From positions 1 through 40,373 of IMG/VR virus record IMGVR_UViG_3300046786_000350: a DNA stretch of 40,373 nucleotides, one strand, 5' to 3'. The notes under the pieces are model-generated. The model made no database searches and was not told the origin of the DNA. It saw nothing but the letters and a program-made list of their open reading frames with translations. This stretch comes from a virus. Lineage: Duplodnaviria; Caudoviricetes. Positions 16,271 to 24,593 of this stretch are shown piece after piece. The position numbers and the translations under genes are program-made. Every line of letters starts with the position of its first letter. Position 1 is the stretch's first letter.

Positions 16271-16298
16271 ATTCTAGTAGGGTTTTCACCTATAGCAA
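16271..16298 (-). promoter_or_regulatory. sigma70 promoter with operator in spacer
   Basis: TTGCTA-N16-TAGAAT; spacer contains TAGGTGAAAACCCTA. Confidence 0.65.
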
Positions 16299-16308
16299 TA
16301 GAATATCC

Positions 16309-16378
16309 TGTGGATAACTCTGTATAACGAATCCTGTATAAAAATTTTTCTTTAAAACTTTTTCTGTGTGCATATAAT
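16309..16378. promoter_or_regulatory. DnaA-box cluster, AT-rich tract and rightward TATAAT
   Basis: TGTGGATAA (16309-16317, perfect), TCTGTATAA, CCTGTATAA; TATAAT at 16373-16378. Confidence 0.5.
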
Positions 16379-16464
16379 TGTTTAACCTGTTCTTTTCCAA
16401 ATAGTGCGGGGGTTGTCTTGGACACGCAGACATTAAAGCGAGGTGGGGTCTAGTGGAATCCTAG

Positions 16465-16562
16465 AACCAACACGCATGGGGATTAATAGGTTGGCGCGAG
16501 ATTCGCCATTCAAGCTTGAAGGTTGTGGGTTCGATCCCCACTAATCCTCAGCCGTGTTGGTT
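16465..16562 (+). ncRNA. tRNA-like element on an extended stem (not a canonical tRNA)
   Basis: T-arm GTGGG-TTCGATC-CCCAC; 9-bp acceptor-like stem; additional 10-bp outer stem; no CCA or canonical D/anticodon loops. Confidence 0.65.
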
Positions 16563-16622
16563 AAGCGCATTGCGTAGGGTTGGGGGTTCCTAGCCGCCAA
16601 CAATATATAGCAAAGGAATAGC

Positions 16623-17162
16623 ATGGAATGGACATTGGCACACCCACTGCATGATGTGGACGATATTGTGGACATGGCTGACTCAGTATTTGGTACTGAA
16701 GCTGATGGCATATTGACTAGAGACAAAGCAGTGTTCCGCAAGAATGTGACTGTTGCAACGACAGTACAGGTCTTTGATAAATCCAAAGAGTTTATAGCTG
16801 TCTGCCGTGGCGACAAATGGATCAAGACGTTTATGGGTGAGGCTGCTGAAGATGCCTTGCTTGGCTACTGTTGGTTTGACAGGAATGGATATACAACCTA
16901 TGCCAATGAAGAAATCAGCAATGCCAAGTTCCACCATGTTGATCTACAATTACCAGCTAGGTTGCGTGTCCGTCTAATTAATGAGATGATTGACCAACAT
17001 ATACTGTGGGCACACAGATGGGGTATTCCTGTCGTTTGCTCAACTTCTATCCGTGCCGAGCATGATGGATTTATGAAGATTCACAAGAAACGTGGTTTTA
17101 CTGTCCATGGATCGTATGCCTGGTTAAGAACTGAAAAGGGTATTGAATGTTTGACGAAATAA
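16623..17162 (+). CDS. GNAT-fold acetyltransferase-like protein
   Basis: GNAT-like topology, 'LLGYCW', 'FMKIHKKRGF' C-terminal motif; AAGGA RBS. Confidence 0.55.
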   Translation: MEWTLAHPLHDVDDIVDMADSVFGTEADGILTRDKAVFRKNVTVATTVQVFDKSKEFIAVCRGDKWIKTFMGEAAEDALLGYCWFDRNGYTTYANEEISNAKFHHVDLQLPARLRVRLINEMIDQHILWAHRWGIPVVCSTSIRAEHDGFMKIHKKRGFTVHGSYAWLRTEKGIECLTK

Positions 17163-17662
17163 GACCCGAAGGCTCTACAGTCTCATCTGCCGAACTAAAG
17201 AAAAAAGCCCGTGAATACGCTAAAGCTAAACGTGCTGAAAAAAAAGCCATGAAACTGGCTACTGGTCAAATTGAGCCTAAAGCAGCTCCAGAACCTGAAC
17301 CAGTCAAAGATGAATACGACCTGACCAACTTTACCCCTAGGTCACAAAAGCAGCCTGGTCGCCCAAAATCCATTGTCAACAAGGTTACCGAATATGGCGC
17401 TTTGTTCAACAAATTGAATGACGAACGTACATCCCGTGGTCTGCCTCCCTTAAAAACTGCCATGGAAGTCCTGATTGATGCCATGCAGTCGGACGAGCTA
17501 GACATCAAAGACAAGGCTAAGATTGCTGATAAGCTTGCTCCGTTTGAGTCTAGCCGTGCCCCTATTATTTCCGTGGAACACATTCAAAATGTGACCCGTG
17601 AGGATGAGGGGGATGCGGATGATGCTCTGAATGAATTTCTTGATTCTCTAAGAAAGGTGTAA
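17147..17662 (+). CDS. terS: Terminase small subunit candidate
   Basis: 'GRPKSIVNK' motif and 'IADKLAPF...ISVE' segment; upstream of terL. Confidence 0.55.
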   Translation: MFDEIRPEGSTVSSAELKKKAREYAKAKRAEKKAMKLATGQIEPKAAPEPEPVKDEYDLTNFTPRSQKQPGRPKSIVNKVTEYGALFNKLNDERTSRGLPPLKTAMEVLIDAMQSDELDIKDKAKIADKLAPFESSRAPIISVEHIQNVTREDEGDADDALNEFLDSLRKV

Positions 17663-17665
17663 TAT

Positions 17666-17812
17666 ATGCCACTGAAAAAGTCAAAAAGTCCCAAAGCTTT
17701 TTCCTCTAACGTCAAGACCGAAATGAAAGCGGGTAAACCGCAGAAACAGGCCGTGGCAATTGCGTATCAAATGAAACGGGATGCGGAAAATAAACGTAAA
17801 GGTTCCAAATGA
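17666..17812 (+). CDS. 48-aa basic protein (MPLKKSKS...GKPQKQAVAIAY)
   Basis: Translated by hand; recurrent phage motif; AAGGT RBS. Confidence 0.75.
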   Translation: MPLKKSKSPKAFSSNVKTEMKAGKPQKQAVAIAYQMKRDAENKRKGSK

Positions 17813-18099
17813 CAACCAACTTTCTTTTTACCCAAGCCCCTAATCGCAAGGGCAATGCTTCTACCCATATGGCATCTCACGACAAAGGCGTTACTGCTGT
17901 TACTCGTGGTAGCGGTGGTTTGAATCAACCTAGCGGCAATCAAGGCGCACCTGCATTTGCTCGTGCTACTAGCAACACTTCTGCTGGTGCAACTAGTGGT
18001 CGTAAACAAGCCGTTATGGTTTCTCGTCCAAAAGCAAATTGTGGCTATGCTGAAAACACTGGCTACATGAATTCAGACCGCACTAACTATTTAAAGTGA
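17809..18099 (+). CDS. Basic low-complexity protein
   Basis: Coupled ORF, Gly/Ser/Ala/Arg-rich. Confidence 0.65.
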   Translation: MTTNFLFTQAPNRKGNASTHMASHDKGVTAVTRGSGGLNQPSGNQGAPAFARATSNTSAGATSGRKQAVMVSRPKANCGYAENTGYMNSDRTNYLK

Positions 18100-18106
18100 G
18101 AACATC

Positions 18107-18334
18107 ATGTACGGACGAGTAATTAATGGTGGCGCACAAATGCGCAAAGGTGTCACTAAAGGCATCAATAACAAACTGGCAAGCCGTTCTGCTGAAGATG
18201 ACCGCAGAGCCGCAGTTGCTAATGCAGTTGGTAGTGCTTACAAAGTGAATACCATTTCATCTCAGCACACCAACAACAGCAACAAAGGCCAGTTCACTAA
18301 GCCTAGCAATCGTAGCAAAGACATTCCTGTTTAA
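18107..18334 (+). CDS. Basic hypothetical protein
   Basis: In-operon ORF. Confidence 0.65.
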   Translation: MYGRVINGGAQMRKGVTKGINNKLASRSAEDDRRAAVANAVGSAYKVNTISSQHTNNSNKGQFTKPSNRSKDIPV

Positions 18335-18342
18335 GGACTATT

Positions 18343-18525
18343 ATGATTATCGAAGAATTTGTTCGTGACGAAGCCAACGAGATTTTTGCAATTGTCGCTG
18401 GCGAAAAGATTCATCTGACTGCTGAATATGTGGCAACACATAAGCCTCAAGTCGGTGATACCCTGGTAGAAACTGCACAACCCGTTGAAGCAGTTGCGCC
18501 TGTAGAAGAAGCTAAAACTGAATAA
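18343..18525 (+). CDS. Acidic hypothetical protein
   Basis: AAGGA RBS. Confidence 0.65.
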   Translation: MIIEEFVRDEANEIFAIVAGEKIHLTAEYVATHKPQVGDTLVETAQPVEAVAPVEEAKTE

Positions 18526-18533
18526 GGAAATGT

Positions 18534-19181
18534 ATGGCAACGTATGATATTGATGCACTGAAGGTAGACCTACCCTCTGCAAAAGAATTGGCTCAGTTTG
18601 TGTATGACAAGACAGATGGACTTGTCTCTTTAGACCTTATTGGTAAGCCTAAAGAAGAACAATACATTGTCGCTAAGAATGCTCTTGAAGGTAAAAAAGT
18701 ACCTGCTGAGTATTTGACTGGCTTTAATCCGTATGTGGAAAAGAAGGATGTTATTCCTGAAGACCCACTACGGAAATTGCCAAAACGCAGTATTGATTTG
18801 CCTGATGAAGAATCACAAGTTCACTACTTTGGCGCAACCAATATGCCCCACCCATTGGACCCACAGTCCGATAAAAAGGTGTACATTGATTTCCGCAAAT
18901 ACGAAAACGGCTTGATCACATACCAGATTACTGGCCCTGTGGAAAAGATTCCCGTTGGTGAAAAACTCAACAAGTATGGTCAAACAGTGCCTGAAAAGTA
19001 CACATGGCTTGACCCCCGTACTGAAGAACGTATCTTGCGCAATCCCGATGGCACTTTCAGCAAAGAAGGCCGTGGCGTTCACACGTTCTTAATTGGTGAA
19101 AAAGGTGGCGGTATTTGGTCTTTGATTGATCGAGACATTGTTAGTATCTCTGCTAAAAACATTGCTGATCCGTGGGCGTAA
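18534..19181 (+). CDS. Hypothetical protein
   Basis: 215 aa, AAGGA RBS. Confidence 0.75.
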   Translation: MATYDIDALKVDLPSAKELAQFVYDKTDGLVSLDLIGKPKEEQYIVAKNALEGKKVPAEYLTGFNPYVEKKDVIPEDPLRKLPKRSIDLPDEESQVHYFGATNMPHPLDPQSDKKVYIDFRKYENGLITYQITGPVEKIPVGEKLNKYGQTVPEKYTWLDPRTEERILRNPDGTFSKEGRGVHTFLIGEKGGGIWSLIDRDIVSISAKNIADPWA

Positions 19182-19369
19182 TGGAAGACCCATCAAAAAT
19201 CTTCCAAAACAGACTGTCATCCCAAGCTGAAGCTTGTGCCCGTAAAACTCTTGAATGGTTGCAAAAAGACCTTCAGGGAACACACAAGCTTGAGCCGGAT
19301 GAAGTTTACTATCTTGCTTATGCTGCAAAAGTCTTGTTAGAAATACGAGATAACTATGGCAAAAAGTGA
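19172..19369 (+). CDS. Small helical protein preceding terL (start probably 19181)
   Basis: TAATG coupling. Confidence 0.6.
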   Translation: MGVMEDPSKIFQNRLSSQAEACARKTLEWLQKDLQGTHKLEPDEVYYLAYAAKVLLEIRDNYGKK

Positions 19370-20948
19370 AGCCAGTGACTATATCCTCCCGCTCTACAAA
19401 GACCGAGCAATCAAACATTTGGTCAAGTTGGCGGGTGGTAAAGAAAAAGTTAAAGGCTTAGATTCTGAGCAACTCAAAGCAATGAAAGTTGCTAGAGACA
19501 AACTCGCTCAGGATATGCAATTTAATACTTTGAAATGGTTTAGGCCATTTAAGTATCAACAAAAATTCTTTGACCTTGGTGGGAAGTTCTCCCGCAGGGG
19601 TATGATTGCTGCCAATCGTGCTGGCAAAACTATTGCATCGACTTATGAGACTGCATACCATTTAACTGGTCGGTATCCTAAGGATTGGAAAGGCGTGAGA
19701 TGGGACAAACCCATCATTGCTATGTGTTCTGGTGAATCTTGGGAACAGGTTGCTAAAACATTACAGTCCAAATTACTGGGTTGTGATGATATTAAGCAAA
19801 GTTACAAGTTGGGCACGGGTTCTATTCCTAGGGAGTGCATTGATGACAAGTCAATCCGAACAGATGGAGCTAACGTCCTTGCCATTGAAATATGGCATGA
19901 GTCTGGAGGAAAGTCTAAGCTTTACTTCTCCAACTACACCCAACAAGTCCGACATTTGCAAGGTTTTGAGTTGGACCTTGTGGTACTTGATGAGCAACCA
20001 CCAGATGAGACTTTCTCAGAGCTTGTCGTTCGTACAGCGGCCCGAAACGGGCAAGTTATCTGTTCGTTTACACCGCTTAAAGGTCTATCGGGTTTAGTCC
20101 GTAAATTTTGGGACCAAGTTGATGGCTACGCCCATGTACGGGTAACTTGGGATGACATTCCATACTCCAATGAGTGGGGTGAGTCATTTTTCCCCAAAAG
20201 TGAACGTGAGCAATTAGCCCGAGACTTTATGCCTTGGGAGCGGGAATGTCGTATGAATGGTATTCCGCTTGTTGGCAAAGGTGTGGTCTTTCCTTTGTTG
20301 GAATGGCCTACTTACAAGTCTGAAGACATTGAACTTAGGGCTAATGAAAAGCTAGAACGCCTGATTAGCTTTGACTTGGGCATTAAGAATGACCCAACAG
20401 TAATTTCTTTCTTTTTCCGCAATCCAGTGGAAGAAATCATTTATTTGCACAAACAAATCACTATTCCTAGCGGTGAAACACCGGACGAATATGTGCATTA
20501 TTTGTTAGACAGGGAATCTAGGGATGTGCCAATTGCTTTGCCCCACGATGCGGGTTTGGCAGGAAGGTACACTTTGACAGAGCAGTCCGTGCGGGAAGTT
20601 TTTGAAGATTCCTATGGACTAAACTGCATTCCTGGTGCTATATTAAACCCACCAAATGATCAAGGTAAAGTAACGAACCATAAAGCATATGGAATCAATA
20701 TAATGCGTATGGGCATGGAACGTAAATCTTTTATGATTAACGAGTCGTGCAAAGCATTTCTTGATGAAGCTAGGAATTACGCCATTGATGATGCAGGTCG
20801 GTTTTCTGATCCAGATGACCACATTGACTCTGCTCGTATTGGCGTTTTAGCTCTGATTCAAGGTCATGGTGAATCCGTGGTAAGTCGGGCAAATAACTTT
20901 GTTTTTAGGCGAATTGATATGCCTGAGGGCAAAGTCCAAAGGATATAA
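19356..20948 (+). CDS. terL: Terminase large subunit
   Basis: Walker A 'AANRAGKT', Walker B 'LVVLDE', 'FTP' motif, nuclease 'FDLG..NDPT...DDHIDSAR'. Confidence 0.95.
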   Translation: MAKSEASDYILPLYKDRAIKHLVKLAGGKEKVKGLDSEQLKAMKVARDKLAQDMQFNTLKWFRPFKYQQKFFDLGGKFSRRGMIAANRAGKTIASTYETAYHLTGRYPKDWKGVRWDKPIIAMCSGESWEQVAKTLQSKLLGCDDIKQSYKLGTGSIPRECIDDKSIRTDGANVLAIEIWHESGGKSKLYFSNYTQQVRHLQGFELDLVVLDEQPPDETFSELVVRTAARNGQVICSFTPLKGLSGLVRKFWDQVDGYAHVRVTWDDIPYSNEWGESFFPKSEREQLARDFMPWERECRMNGIPLVGKGVVFPLLEWPTYKSEDIELRANEKLERLISFDLGIKNDPTVISFFFRNPVEEIIYLHKQITIPSGETPDEYVHYLLDRESRDVPIALPHDAGLAGRYTLTEQSVREVFEDSYGLNCIPGAILNPPNDQGKVTNHKAYGINIMRMGMERKSFMINESCKAFLDEARNYAIDDAGRFSDPDDHIDSARIGVLALIQGHGESVVSRANNFVFRRIDMPEGKVQRI

Positions 20949-20950
20949 GT

Positions 20951-23122
20951 ATGCTAGATAAACAAAATGTAATCGTAGAAAACCTTGCAAGTTCATCTGG
21001 CAATCGTGGACTTACCGAACAAGTCTGCCACGAAGTATATGTAAAGATGGTGGATTACTTGAGACTTACACAGTCCAAAAATACATACAATCGTTTTACA
21101 GACTACCATTACCTGAACATTCCCGTATCAAATTCCACAGAACCAATCCGTGGCATTGACTACATTCAGCCTATTGTTGCGCCTGGCATTGATTACGCTA
21201 CTGCCGTTATTACTAAATGCTTGATGCCCAACGGCAAAATCAACTTTGAGTTTGAACGATTCAGCGAAGCAGATGGCGACCAAGCCCGTCAAGCTACTGA
21301 AATGGTCAAATATATGCTCAACAGTAAGAATGATTCTTACCAAGTCATTCGTGATTGGGCACAAGATTCATTGCTGCACAAAAACGGCATTGTGATGGTT
21401 TCTCCTGTGCGTAATCCTATTACGCAATACAAGGAAGTTGAAGGAACCCGTGACCAATTGCGTGTGTTTGAGACTTTGGCAAGTGACAAAGGTTTAACTG
21501 CTAAACGCCAAAATATGCGTAAGGTTGACGTAAACCTTGAAGGCGCAATGCAAGAAGCCATGATGCCCGATGAGGGTGAGGCTATGCAAGAGCCTAGCGG
21601 TGAAGAGCTTCAAGAAGCTTTGCGCAACAACACAATCTATCGTGCCAAATACAAGTTGACTGGCTACGAAACAAGCATTCGAGTTAAACACGTTGCACAA
21701 CACTATTTTGTTTGCAACCCAACCATTTCAACCATTCAGGATCAAGACTTTGTGGGTTTCTATGACCCCATGACTATCCATGAGTGCAAGACTCAATTCC
21801 CATTTGTGGATTTGGAGTTGTTGGCTGACCATGCTGCTTATGGTCCTGCAGGTGCGTACCAAGCTGGCGCTTTGGAAAACGATTTGGCTCTCCATGCCCG
21901 TGATTCCACACCAGTGCCAGGTCAAGGCGTGATTGCATCCCAAGGTGCAGACCGCTACAGCCGAGTCATCATGTTGACCACCGCTTGGATTCGCAGAGAC
22001 ATCGATGGTGATGGTGAAGAAGAGATTGTTGAGTGCTGCTTCTCAGGCTCTTACATCTTGTACACCAAGGAAGTGGATTTCATTCCTTTGGCTAATATGT
22101 GTCCAAAGCCCATCACAGGTAACTTCTTTGGTTACTCATTAGGTGAGCGTTTGGTTCCGCTTCAGGAATATGCAACGGCAATCCGCAGGGCTGAAATGTC
22201 CTTTGCCATGCAGTCTTCCACTCCTCGTATTGGTGTCAACCCAGAATTCTTGGATGCCGAAGAAATTCAACGTGGCGTAAGTGCCATGTTCATTTTGGAT
22301 CGCAAGTTTGATCCTACCAAACACATTTTTGAATTCCAACCTATGCAGGGTAACTTGGCATATGTGGAATCAGCCATGAACCGCTTTGAGTCGGACAAAA
22401 TGGCAATGATTGGTATGACTAGCCCTAGCGACACCCTTAATCCTGAGGTGATGAAAGACGGAAACTCTGGATTTAAGCTTCAGTTGGCTATGGGTCCAAA
22501 CCAGTTGATCCAAGACGAAATGGTCAAGAACTGCGCCATTGGTTTGCGTGATGTGATCTACATTACTTGGAAAACTTTGGTTCAATACTCTGACGATTAC
22601 AACATCCAACAGTTGGCGGCTACTTGCCTTAAAGGTGCGCCATTTATGGATGCTCAGTCAATTGAAAACTTTGAGTTTATTGACCGCAAAATGATCAATA
22701 TTGATTTGGCTTTGGGTTTCCTGTCTGAGGAAAACCGCCTGACCCGTCAACAAATGATTTTGCAAGCTCAACAACAGTTTGCCCAAGCCATGATGATGGT
22801 TCCACCTGAAGTTCCTGAAATGTTCATCAAGATTCGTAGACCTTTTGAAGACACATTGCGGGTTTTGGGTGTCAAAGATGTGGATGCTTATTTGCCCACA
22901 TTTGAGGAAGCAACAAAGATTATCCAAGCGTCAATGTCCAAAGGTCCATCACCTGAACAGCAGGAAATGCAATCTAAAGTTGCGCTTAATAATGCCAAGG
23001 TTCAGGAAAGTGGATCAGTAACTGCTTTGAATATGAAGAAAGCAGAAGATATTGACATGGACAACTATTATGAAGGTCTGGCAGCTAAGAGGGGTAAACT
23101 TAGTGCCGTACAAATAGATTAA
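20951..23122 (+). CDS. Portal protein (long podovirus type)
   Basis: 723 aa directly after terL; 'FFGYSLGERLVPLQ' and Gln-rich C-terminal barrel. Confidence 0.88.
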   Translation: MLDKQNVIVENLASSSGNRGLTEQVCHEVYVKMVDYLRLTQSKNTYNRFTDYHYLNIPVSNSTEPIRGIDYIQPIVAPGIDYATAVITKCLMPNGKINFEFERFSEADGDQARQATEMVKYMLNSKNDSYQVIRDWAQDSLLHKNGIVMVSPVRNPITQYKEVEGTRDQLRVFETLASDKGLTAKRQNMRKVDVNLEGAMQEAMMPDEGEAMQEPSGEELQEALRNNTIYRAKYKLTGYETSIRVKHVAQHYFVCNPTISTIQDQDFVGFYDPMTIHECKTQFPFVDLELLADHAAYGPAGAYQAGALENDLALHARDSTPVPGQGVIASQGADRYSRVIMLTTAWIRRDIDGDGEEEIVECCFSGSYILYTKEVDFIPLANMCPKPITGNFFGYSLGERLVPLQEYATAIRRAEMSFAMQSSTPRIGVNPEFLDAEEIQRGVSAMFILDRKFDPTKHIFEFQPMQGNLAYVESAMNRFESDKMAMIGMTSPSDTLNPEVMKDGNSGFKLQLAMGPNQLIQDEMVKNCAIGLRDVIYITWKTLVQYSDDYNIQQLAATCLKGAPFMDAQSIENFEFIDRKMINIDLALGFLSEENRLTRQQMILQAQQQFAQAMMMVPPEVPEMFIKIRRPFEDTLRVLGVKDVDAYLPTFEEATKIIQASMSKGPSPEQQEMQSKVALNNAKVQESGSVTALNMKKAEDIDMDNYYEGLAAKRGKLSAVQID

Positions 23123-23130
23123 GGATTGCA

Positions 23131-23460
23131 ATGAAAAGCTTGGTATCGAATATCCGTGATTATTTTAATCGCAGGACAAAAGTTGTAGACACTTATAAGG
23201 AGGCCAATGTAAATCGTAAGGCTCTGGTTATAGAAAATGGAGAGAGCGCAAAAAAGCTCTTACGCAATGATGATTTTGCATTGTTATTTAACCTGTATAG
23301 GTTTTACTTGCTTGAAATGTTAGAAGAAAGCAAGGACGATGTAGAGCGTATTAATAATGCACAGCGTGTTGCCGGAGTCCGAGACTTCATTGAGTTTATT
23401 GAACGAACTGAATATCTCGGTAAGGTAGCCAACAAAAATGTTGAAACTTTAACGAAATAA
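23131..23460 (+). CDS. Small head-associated protein
   Basis: Conserved slot between portal and scaffold. Confidence 0.6.
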   Translation: MKSLVSNIRDYFNRRTKVVDTYKEANVNRKALVIENGESAKKLLRNDDFALLFNLYRFYLLEMLEESKDDVERINNAQRVAGVRDFIEFIERTEYLGKVANKNVETLTK

Positions 23461-23468
23461 GGTAATAT

Positions 23469-24578
23469 ATGTCAGACGTAATCGCTAATGCGACCGCCAC
23501 TGAGCAAACTGGTGTGAATCCTGTAGATGCCATCGCAGGGATGATTGCCGCCAACAGGCGTAACACTCCCCCGACCGAAGCAGCTGCACCACCAGCAGGA
23601 CAAGAAGAGGCGCAAGCCAAATCCCCTGAGGCGACTCCTGAGGAAGGAATCGAACCTGAAGATGGTATTGACGGGGCTACAGACACTGTAGATTCAGAAG
23701 ATGCGGATGAGGCCACCGATGGTGTAACCGAACCAGTCAACTTCTTGGAGTTTGCAGAGCAGAATCCTGATATGTTATGGAGAATTCCCAATAAGGATGC
23801 CGAAGGTGGCTTTATTGAGATTCCTGTATCAAAGGCAGCTGCTATTCTGGGTCAAGGAAGTGCTATCCATGAGAATGCTCGTAAGCTTAAAGCCGAAAAA
23901 GCAGATTTTGAAGAGTACGAAAGTAAGCGCAGGGCTGAACTAGATGGTCTGCAAATAGGGTTGGAATTAACTGTTGTTCCTCAATTGCAATCAGCGGCTG
24001 ATGAACTGGTAAAAATCCAACAATATAACCAGCAATGGAAGCAGATTTACGACAACGCCACAGATGACATTCGTAGAAGTGAAGCGGAAGCTGCAATTCG
24101 ACAAAACAACGAATTAATCAAGGAAAAGTCAGAGTTCATTCAGGCGAATCGACCAAAGGTTCAACAGTTCTTTGATCAGCGTAGTCAGTTTGTAAAGCAA
24201 CAGCTTGAACAAGCAAGACAAAGTTTTTCAGATAAAGAATTGGCGAACAAGGCAGTTTTTACCGAATTACGGGAAAAATTGTCTAAAGATTGGAATGGTG
24301 CAAGTGGTTCATTTGTTCCTGGTGTCCAAAACATTGATTTGGTGTCCAGTGACGAATATCTACTAGGACTTATTCGGGATGGAATGAAATTCCGAGAAGG
24401 TCCTAAAGTGAAGAATGCTGGTGGTTCATTGGCTGCGGCTAGTAAACCAATGGCACGAGGCAAAACTGCACCTGAAGATAAGACAGTCGAACTTCAAAGG
24501 AAAGCACAAAGCGGTGATAAGAATGCGGCTCGTGACCTTTTAGCAACCATGCTTGCAGCTAATAAGCGCAAGCGTTAA
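23469..24578 (+). CDS. Capsid scaffolding protein
   Basis: Acidic disordered N-terminus, coiled coil, basic C-terminus; precedes MCP. Confidence 0.8.
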   Translation: MSDVIANATATEQTGVNPVDAIAGMIAANRRNTPPTEAAAPPAGQEEAQAKSPEATPEEGIEPEDGIDGATDTVDSEDADEATDGVTEPVNFLEFAEQNPDMLWRIPNKDAEGGFIEIPVSKAAAILGQGSAIHENARKLKAEKADFEEYESKRRAELDGLQIGLELTVVPQLQSAADELVKIQQYNQQWKQIYDNATDDIRRSEAEAAIRQNNELIKEKSEFIQANRPKVQQFFDQRSQFVKQQLEQARQSFSDKELANKAVFTELREKLSKDWNGASGSFVPGVQNIDLVSSDEYLLGLIRDGMKFREGPKVKNAGGSLAAASKPMARGKTAPEDKTVELQRKAQSGDKNAARDLLATMLAANKRKR

Positions 24579-24593
24579 TTCAGGAGAATTACT

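Noticed and set aside
15844-16425. Short ORFs 15844-16032, 15905-16087 and 16231-16425
   Set aside because: No RBS, low-complexity G/C runs, overlap with promoter and RNA elements
16478-16550. Canonical tRNA-Ser
   Set aside because: No proper D-arm, loop CGAGATT lacks U33 and purine 37, no CCA; kept only as tRNA-like
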